Source: a virus | DNA: 47,355 bases | Strand: one strand, 5' to 3' | IMG/VR virus record: IMGVR_UViG_3300009678_000018 | Location: 1-47,355 of that record | In this document: in pieces, positions 1 through 4,869 of the stretch | Position numbering within the stretch: the first letter of the stretch is position 1 | How the letters are laid out: each line of letters begins with the position of its first letter | Position numbers and translations under genes: made by a program | Notes under the pieces: model-generated | The model's input: only the letters and a program-made list of their open reading frames with translations | The model's database searches: none | Told to the model about the DNA's origin: nothing

Positions 1-123
1 GGCGCGGGATGTCGCATCGAGCGCTGCCGCAAGCGCGATCTCGGCTTGGCGGTCGCGGACGGCTTCGCGGTGGTCTACGAAGGCGCCCCGGGACAGATTT
101 TCATCGCCCGGCAGGGCTGGTGA
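1..123. repeat. Terminal direct repeat, copy 1 (identical to 47233-47355). It implies a circularly closed or terminally redundant complete genome of about 47.23 kb.
   Basis: Bases 1-123 (ggcgcgggatgtcgcatcgag...cagggctggtga) recur exactly at 47233-47355. The repeat is the 3' end of CDS 47050-47355. Confidence 0.9.
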
Positions 124-134
124 CTGGAGGACAC

Positions 135-503
135 ATGGCAGGCAGGCAGGCAGGCGACATGAGCGACCACAAGCACTGGCGCACCGTGCTGATTCGTGAA
201 CTTGAGGCGGCGATCCGAGAGCACGACGACGCGAGCGCGCACCTGCGCGCGTCGCTCGAATTGGTGCGCGCTCGCCGGCTTCCGGCAACACCGCACGTGG
301 GGGCGAAGTTGCGCATCGCGGACGGCTCGCTTGAGTCGCGCATCCTCGGGCTCACCGACCCGGACGCCGTCGCGATGCCCGTGCTGCTCAAGGAGGCGAA
401 CGCGAAACCGTACGACGTGCGCCGCGCCGTCAAGCGCCTGGTCGTCGCCGGCCGGCTCGTGCAACACGGCAAAAGCAAGCACACGCGCTATCAGGCGCAG
501 TAG
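135..503 (+). CDS. Hypothetical protein with a winged-helix-like C-terminus
   Basis: ATG 135 is preceded by GGAGGA (126-131), right after the stop at 121-123, in frame with track ORF 9..503. The C-terminal PYDVRRAVKRLVVAGRLVQHGK looks like a wHTH recognition helix and wing. No family recognised. Confidence 0.55.
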   Translation: MAGRQAGDMSDHKHWRTVLIRELEAAIREHDDASAHLRASLELVRARRLPATPHVGAKLRIADGSLESRILGLTDPDAVAMPVLLKEANAKPYDVRRAVKRLVVAGRLVQHGKSKHTRYQAQ

Positions 504-522
504 GGGAGTCGACATCGTGAAG

Positions 523-990
523 ATGAAACCGTTAGGCAATCAGGTGTTCGTGCGCAAGCTCATGCCGTCCGTAAAAAACGTGGGCGGCACGATGATCATC
601 CCGGACGAGGCGCGCACGCGTCCGCAGAAAGGGATCGTCGTCGCCGTGGGGCCCGGCGGCTTCAGCGAGCTCGGGCACCGCGTGCCCATGCAAGACGTGG
701 CGCCGGGCGATCTCGTGTGCTTCGGCGAGTTCGCGGGCGTCGAAGTGCCGATCGAGGGCGAAGGGCTGTTGCTCATGCGTGACGTCGAACTCCTCGCGGT
801 CAAGCGCGCGGAGGACGTCGCGCTCGTCGAGCACGTCCTCGACGCGGTCACCGGCCGGCGCGTGTTCCACGAAGCGGACGAGACCTGCGACGACTGCGCA
901 AAGCCGGACCCCATCCCTGCACCCGACGCGCCGCGCGCGGACCTGAGCGCCATGCGCGAGCAACTCAAGGGCGAGGGAGTCATCGGGTGA
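523..990 (+). CDS. groES: GroES/Cpn10-like co-chaperonin with a C-terminal extension of about 60 aa
   Basis: MKPLGNQVFVRKL..GGTMIIPDEARTRPQKGIVVAVGPG..VAPGDLVCFGEFAGVEVPIEGEGLLLMRDVELLAV matches GroES along its whole length (mobile loop, AVGxG, GD.V.F, LL..D.ELLAV). It is followed by a non-GroES tail containing CDDC. Alternative GTG start at 517. Confidence 0.75.
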   Translation: MKPLGNQVFVRKLMPSVKNVGGTMIIPDEARTRPQKGIVVAVGPGGFSELGHRVPMQDVAPGDLVCFGEFAGVEVPIEGEGLLLMRDVELLAVKRAEDVALVEHVLDAVTGRRVFHEADETCDDCAKPDPIPAPDAPRADLSAMREQLKGEGVIG

Positions 991-1085
991 ACGACGCCCT
1001 GTGGCGGATCGTGCTGTGGGCCGGCGCCGCGCTCGTCGTCGTCGTGGCGATCGGCGCGTTCCTGTGGACGAGGCGACGCCGATGA
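987..1085 (+). CDS. Small single-pass membrane protein (32 aa)
   Basis: GTG overlaps the previous stop (GTGA). Translation is VNDALWRIVLWAGAALVVVVAIGAFLWTRRRR. Nearly every third codon position is G/C. It is below the ORF-track length cut-off. Confidence 0.45.
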   Translation: MNDALWRIVLWAGAALVVVVAIGAFLWTRRRR

Positions 1086-1180
1086 CGAAGTTCCTCGACG
1101 GCCCGGCGGCCGGCGTTGTGCTCTCGCTCCGTGGATCGCCGTTGCTGCTGCGCGTCGTGCGCGACCTCGAGGCCGCGTAA
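1082..1180 (+). CDS. Short ORF (32 aa), possibly an N-terminal remnant of a longer phage gene
   Basis: ATGA overlap with the previous ORF. Translation is MTKFLDGPAAGVVLSLRGSPLLLRVVRDLEAA, with high GC3. It ends just where the reverse-strand cassette starts. Confidence 0.3.
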   Translation: MTKFLDGPAAGVVLSLRGSPLLLRVVRDLEAA

Positions 1181-1201
1181 ATGCGCCGCGTCTTGACCGC
1201 G

Positions 1202-1480
1202 CTATCGATCGTCGCGCTTGCGGGGGCGGCCGGGGCGTCCCTTGGTCCGCGTCCGCAGACGCTCGACGTCCTCGACGCGGAGCAGGCCGCGCACGATGGC
1301 GATCGGCGGGTCGGCCTGCGCGGCGAGGACGTAGAGCCGCTGACGTCTGTAGCCCAGGCGGCGTATGGCGTCGGCGATGGTGGTGTAGCCGGCGATGGTG
1401 TGCATGGTGGTGGAGTCCGGCGTTACGTAGCCGGCCCGCCGACCACGGCGGACGCTGCGGCGGCGCAGAGGTGCGCGCAC
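1202..1480 (-). CDS. Basic HTH DNA-binding protein (MerR/excisionase-like) with an AT-hook-like tail
   Basis: 92-aa ORF. TIADAIRRLGYRRQRLYVLAAQ..IAIVRGLLRVEDVERL looks like an excisionase/MerR-type HTH, and the tail is GRPGRPRKR. High GC3 from 1480. Alternative start at M26 (1405). Confidence 0.5.
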   Translation of the reverse strand: MRAPLRRRSVRRGRRAGYVTPDSTTMHTIAGYTTIADAIRRLGYRRQRLYVLAAQADPPIAIVRGLLRVEDVERLRTRTKGRPGRPRKRDDR

Positions 1481-1486
1481 CGAAGG

Positions 1487-1669
1487 TCAGTCGGCGGCCT
1501 CGGCCTCCGCCTCCGCGAGCTGGATCACGCGGACGCACTCTGCCAGAGCCGCCTGGTCGCCGGCCAGGGCACGGGCGCACACGGCCACCATATCCAGGTC
1601 GCCGTGCTGCCCAGCCTCCGCGCGCAGGGTCTCGATTTGGGTGTCCGTCAGGGTCTCGATCGTCGTCAT
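1487..1669 (-). CDS. Small acidic hypothetical protein (60 aa)
   Basis: ATG 1669 is preceded by AGGAGGA on the reverse strand. Translation is MTTIETLTDTQIETLRAEAGQHGDLDMVAVCARALAGD... No family recognised. Confidence 0.5.
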   Translation of the reverse strand: MTTIETLTDTQIETLRAEAGQHGDLDMVAVCARALAGDQAALAECVRVIQLAEAEAEAAD

Positions 1670-1712
1670 CTGCGTATCCTCCTGTCCGGCGGTGACCGGA
1701 CTCAATATAGAG

Positions 1713-1741
1713 AGTCTACTTTATCTATAGCCTCATGTCAA
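1713..1741 (-). promoter_or_regulatory. Sigma70-like promoter for the reverse-strand two-gene cassette
   Basis: On the reverse strand: TTGACA (1741-1736), 17 nt, TAGACT (1718-1713). It lies inside the only AT-rich stretch here (about 1701-1770). The inverted hexamers TATAGA (1707-1712) and TCTATA (1724-1729) flank the -10. Confidence 0.45.
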
Positions 1742-1821
1742 CAGAATAATTCCACAATGAATACGGGCCCATTTCGCGCGTGGGCTCAATCGCGCTGGCG
1801 GGAATGGGCCCAGGCACACGC

Positions 1822-2343
1822 ATGAAGAACACCAAGAAATCGCGCCGTAAGAAGCTGACGTCGAGCGCGCTCGCGCCCACGAGTAACGACGCGTTACCCG
1901 CTGCCGACGCGGCTTTCGCCGCGCCCGCGTTCGAGCCGACGCTGGCGGATCACCAGATGTTCCACGCCTACGTTTCGCTGCTGGCTGAGGGCAAGGGCGT
2001 TACGCACACCGCGCTCGCCAAGCAGTTGAAGGTCACGCGCCCGGCCGTGTCGCTCCGGTTCATGCGGCGACCCGGGCTCCAGCGCTGGATCGGCGAGCAG
2101 CTGCGCGCGTCGATGGATCAGCTCTGGGGCCCGGTCGTGCATCGCATCGGCGCAATCGCGCTGCAGAAAGGCTCGGTGATTCACGCCGAGCTCTACGGTA
2201 AGATGCTCGGCCTGCTCAAGGACTCCGGCACGCCCGTCACGCCCGGCGCGGCGCCGACCGTCACGGTCAACGTCGTCGGCATCGCCGACCCGGTCTCGCT
2301 CAAAGAGTGGCCCGGCGGCACGTTAGAGGCACCCAAAACATGA
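1822..2343 (+). CDS. Putative small terminase subunit / HTH DNA-binding protein
   Basis: ATG 1822 (MKNTKKSRRKK..). An HTH-like GVTHTALAKQLKVTRPAVSLRF is present. Its position just upstream of the large terminase is the main argument. Confidence 0.4.
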   Translation: MKNTKKSRRKKLTSSALAPTSNDALPAADAAFAAPAFEPTLADHQMFHAYVSLLAEGKGVTHTALAKQLKVTRPAVSLRFMRRPGLQRWIGEQLRASMDQLWGPVVHRIGAIALQKGSVIHAELYGKMLGLLKDSGTPVTPGAAPTVTVNVVGIADPVSLKEWPGGTLEAPKT

Positions 2344-2546
2344 GTCCGCTAGTAATCACGCTCGTCGTTCTCGCGCTGCTGCTCCTTGCCGCGCTGCTCA
2401 GCAGTTGGCGCCACCAGCAACGGCCTCGGTGCAAGGTCTGCGGCCAGCGGCTGGGCCGCGGTGAAGTTGGCGCGGTCTGGCGGGATGGCCAGGTCTGGCA
2501 CGCTAAGTGCTGGGCCGTCGACCGCGACGCGTGGCACGAGCGCTAG
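2340..2546 (+). CDS. Small membrane-anchored Cys/His-rich protein
   Basis: ATGA overlap with the previous stop. N-terminal TM segment LVITLVVLALLLLAALL, then CKVCGQ...WHAKCW. Confidence 0.5.
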   Translation: MSPLVITLVVLALLLLAALLSSWRHQQRPRCKVCGQRLGRGEVGAVWRDGQVWHAKCWAVDRDAWHER

Positions 2547-2556
2547 AATCTCTGCG

Positions 2557-2742
2557 ATGACGCTCACGCCCGACGAAGTGGAACCGGTCGACCCCGCACG
2601 ATGCGCGCATCTCTGGGTGCTCGGGGTGTTCGGCCAACCCGTTCGTGAGGTGGCCGTGTGCATCAAGTGCCACGCGATGCGCGACAACGCGCTCAAAGAC
2701 CAATCCAGGGGAGATCCCACGCCCGCCCACGGCGATGGCTAG
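2557..2742 (+). CDS. Small hypothetical protein with a CxH...CxxCH pattern
   Basis: ATG 2557, in frame with track ORF 2386..2742. Translation is MTLTPDEVEPVDPARCAHLW...VCIKCHAMRD. It overlaps the terL start by 8 nt. Confidence 0.45.
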   Translation: MTLTPDEVEPVDPARCAHLWVLGVFGQPVREVAVCIKCHAMRDNALKDQSRGDPTPAHGDG

Positions 2743-4357
2743 GCCGATTCCGGCGCCGCCGGATGGCTACGTCTTCGCCTACCCGCCCCACCCCAAGACC
2801 GGCGTCCGCGTGCCCAACGCACGCCAGGCGCTCGCGCACATGTGCCCCGCCGACGAGCTGTTCTATGGCGGCGTTCGAGGGGGCGGCAAGACGGAGTTTC
2901 TCGGGACCGACTTTGGCGACGCCGCGCTGAAGTTCCCCGGCATCCGCATGCTGCTCGTCCGCAAAACGCGCGAGGAAATGAAATCGAACATCGTCCCGGT
3001 GTTCAAGCGCATCTATCGGGACATCGCGCGGTGGTCACGGGCGGACCACTCCTTCCTGTTCTTCAACGGCGGCGAGCTCATCGTCGACTTCATGACGAAC
3101 GAGGAGGACATCGCGCGCTACCTCGGCTCGGAGTTCGGCCTCATCGGCGTCGACCAGGCCGAGCAGCTCGCCGAGTACACGGTGCTCGGCCTCTCATCGT
3201 GCCTGCGCTCAACGCGCCCCTGGCCGAAGAAACTACGCCTGACGGGCAACCCGGGCCTCGGCGTCGGCGTGGCCTGGCTGCGGCGGCGCTACGTGCGGCC
3301 GCAACCGGCCGAGCTCGGCGACCGGCGCGCACCGCGCCCGTGCGAACTGTGGCGGCCGCTGCCGCGGCCCGGCGATCCGACACCCCCCGAGCAAGTGCCG
3401 ACGCGCTGCTTCATCCCCGCGCGCTACGAGGACAACGAGGCGCTCGTCGCCGGCGACCCGCTGTACAAGGCGCGCATCTATCAGGCGTTCACCATCAACA
3501 TCGCCCGCGCTCAAGCGGAGGGCGATTGGGATGCCAACGACGCGACGATCGTCGGTCCGTTGTGGAAGGACGACCACACGGTCACGGCCGAGCTGCAGGC
3601 CAGGTATCCCGATCTGTTTTACGTCGGCCAGCGCATCGACTGGCACGTCATTCGAAACAGCCAGTGGCGGCCGCCGAAGGGCGCGATGATCTTCGGCTCG
3701 CACGATTGGGGCTTCAATCCGTATTCGTTTCACCTGCACGCCACCCTACCCAATGGCCATACGCGCACGTTTCTCGAGGCCTATCAGTCCGGCAAGCGTG
3801 AGGTCGAGCAGGCGGCCGCGATGCGCGAGCTGCTGACCCGCGAGTGCTTCGCCGGCACTGACATCCCGCTGATGGAAGGACTGCAGTGGATCGTGTACGA
3901 CCCGATCATCGAAGGCAGCCGGCTCTACGCGAGCCAGGCCAAGACCATCATCGAAGTCTTCCGCGAGGAATTGCCGCAGGTCATCTTTCGACCGGGCTCA
4001 GCGACGCGCGCCGCGCGCATGTCGCGCCCCGGCCGTTGGCTCGACGCGCTGTCGACGGCGCCCGATGGCTTTCCGTGGTGGAGCGTGACGACGGCCTGCC
4101 CCGAGCTCATCCGCACCGTCGTCGAAGTCCCGCGCGACCCGGACGATCCCGACGTCGAGGACGACGCGAGCGAGAACCACGCGTACGAAGACACTGGCCG
4201 CTTCTTCGAAGCCCGGCCGCACGCGCCCCGTGTCGCGCCCGTCGATCCCTTCGCGCACCTGAAGGACGATCCGATCTCGCACGCGCACCAGGTCGCGCTC
4301 GCCAAGCGCCACGACCAGCCGAAAGGCGGATCGCTCGGCGGCCTCGCGAAGCGCTGA
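2735..4357 (+). CDS. terL: Terminase large subunit
   Basis: Walker A-like GGVRGGGKTE, Walker B-like LIGVDQAEQL, and a C-terminal nuclease-like region (GSHDWGFNP ... ENHAYEDTGRF). 540 aa, upstream of the portal. Confidence 0.85.
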   Translation: MARPIPAPPDGYVFAYPPHPKTGVRVPNARQALAHMCPADELFYGGVRGGGKTEFLGTDFGDAALKFPGIRMLLVRKTREEMKSNIVPVFKRIYRDIARWSRADHSFLFFNGGELIVDFMTNEEDIARYLGSEFGLIGVDQAEQLAEYTVLGLSSCLRSTRPWPKKLRLTGNPGLGVGVAWLRRRYVRPQPAELGDRRAPRPCELWRPLPRPGDPTPPEQVPTRCFIPARYEDNEALVAGDPLYKARIYQAFTINIARAQAEGDWDANDATIVGPLWKDDHTVTAELQARYPDLFYVGQRIDWHVIRNSQWRPPKGAMIFGSHDWGFNPYSFHLHATLPNGHTRTFLEAYQSGKREVEQAAAMRELLTRECFAGTDIPLMEGLQWIVYDPIIEGSRLYASQAKTIIEVFREELPQVIFRPGSATRAARMSRPGRWLDALSTAPDGFPWWSVTTACPELIRTVVEVPRDPDDPDVEDDASENHAYEDTGRFFEARPHAPRVAPVDPFAHLKDDPISHAHQVALAKRHDQPKGGSLGGLAKR

Positions 4358-4360
4358 AGG

Positions 4361-4374
4361 GTTTCACGTGGAAC
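4361..4374. promoter_or_regulatory. parS: parS-like centromere site (GTTTCACGTGGAAC)
   Basis: The reverse complement GTTCCACGTGAAAC equals the 14-bp core of the conserved bacterial parS consensus tGTTNCACGTGAAACa. It lies 3 nt after the terL stop. Confidence 0.6.
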
Positions 4375-4410
4375 GGGTCTGGCGGGGTCTGGCGGGGTCT
4401 GGCGGGGTCG
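4375..4410 (+). repeat. 3.6 tandem copies of the 10-bp unit GGGTCTGGCG (four G-runs spaced exactly 10 bp)
   Basis: gggtctggcg gggtctggcg gggtctggcg gggtcg, with G-runs at 4375-77, 4384-87, 4394-97 and 4404-07. It fits the G3+N6G3+N6G3+N6G3+ quadruplex pattern. Confidence 0.9.
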
Positions 4411-4434
4411 TTTGCTTGACGGAATGTACACGAC

Positions 4435-4758
4435 GTGCAGAATTATCAACTCGTGCGGTGGCCGTTCCTCACTCGCGCCCGACACGACGAGGCGATGAAT
4501 CTCGCGGCTGATCGTTTCCGAATCCTCGAAAAGCACGTCGACACTGAAGCGGCGCGACAGGGCTACGAGCTGTCCGGCGCGCTCGCGCGCGAAGCGTACT
4601 GGCGTGAGCGCTGTGAGCTCGCGCTCGATCAGCTCATCGCGCGCGGCGCCGCCGCGCCGCTGATGGTTGAACACGCGCCCGCCGTCAACGGGACGAGGAG
4701 CCCGTTCGCCGGCATGCTGACGACCGAAATCGATTCGAGAAAGAACGCCGCGGGGTAG
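4435..4758 (+). CDS. Hypothetical protein
   Basis: 107-aa ORF with a GTG start. Alternative ATG at 4495 (MNLAADRF..) if the TTGACG at 4416-4421 is a promoter -35. The stop overlaps the first 10 nt of the tRNA. Confidence 0.4.
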   Translation: MQNYQLVRWPFLTRARHDEAMNLAADRFRILEKHVDTEAARQGYELSGALAREAYWRERCELALDQLIARGAAAPLMVEHAPAVNGTRSPFAGMLTTEIDSRKNAAG

Positions 4759-4825
4759 CTCAGCCGGTCAGAGCACCTGGCTCATAACCAGGAGGTCGGC
4801 GGTTCGAGACCGCCCCCCGCAACCA
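4749..4825 (+). tRNA. tRNA-Met (anticodon CAT), initiator-like acceptor stem, CCA encoded
   Basis: Hand-folded 77-nt cloverleaf: cgcgggg ta gctc agccggtca gagc a cctgg ctCATaa ccagg aggtc ggcgg ttcgaga ccgcc ccccgca a cca. It has a C1xA72 mismatch, and its acceptor stem is identical to that of E. coli tRNA-fMet. Confidence 0.85.
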
Positions 4826-4838
4826 CATCGCGCCACCG

Positions 4839-4856
4839 CAGGCAGGGCAAGCCAGA
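4839..4856 (+). repeat. 18-bp motif CAGGCAGGGCAAGCCAGA, copy 1 (13 nt upstream of the portal GTG)
   Basis: Exact second copy at 33663-33680. The 14-bp core recurs inverted at 7153-7166. Confidence 0.85.
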
Positions 4857-4869
4857 GGGACGCGAACGC

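Noticed and set aside
137-152. Tetranucleotide repeat (GGCA)x4 at the very start of CDS 135..503, considered as a phase-variation tract.
   Set aside because: Four units is too short for efficient slippage, and there is no second evidence. It most likely just encodes MAGRQAG.
540-1580. Long reverse-strand ORFs in the track, for example 540..1580, 5617..7377, 22844..24247, 24070..26127, 33459..34778, 39415..40599 and 42806..44269.
   Set aside because: Their translations are Arg/Ala/Gly/Pro-rich low-complexity sequences. They lie antisense to + strand genes that have clear family signatures and high third-position GC. They are the usual open-frame artefacts of a high-GC genome.
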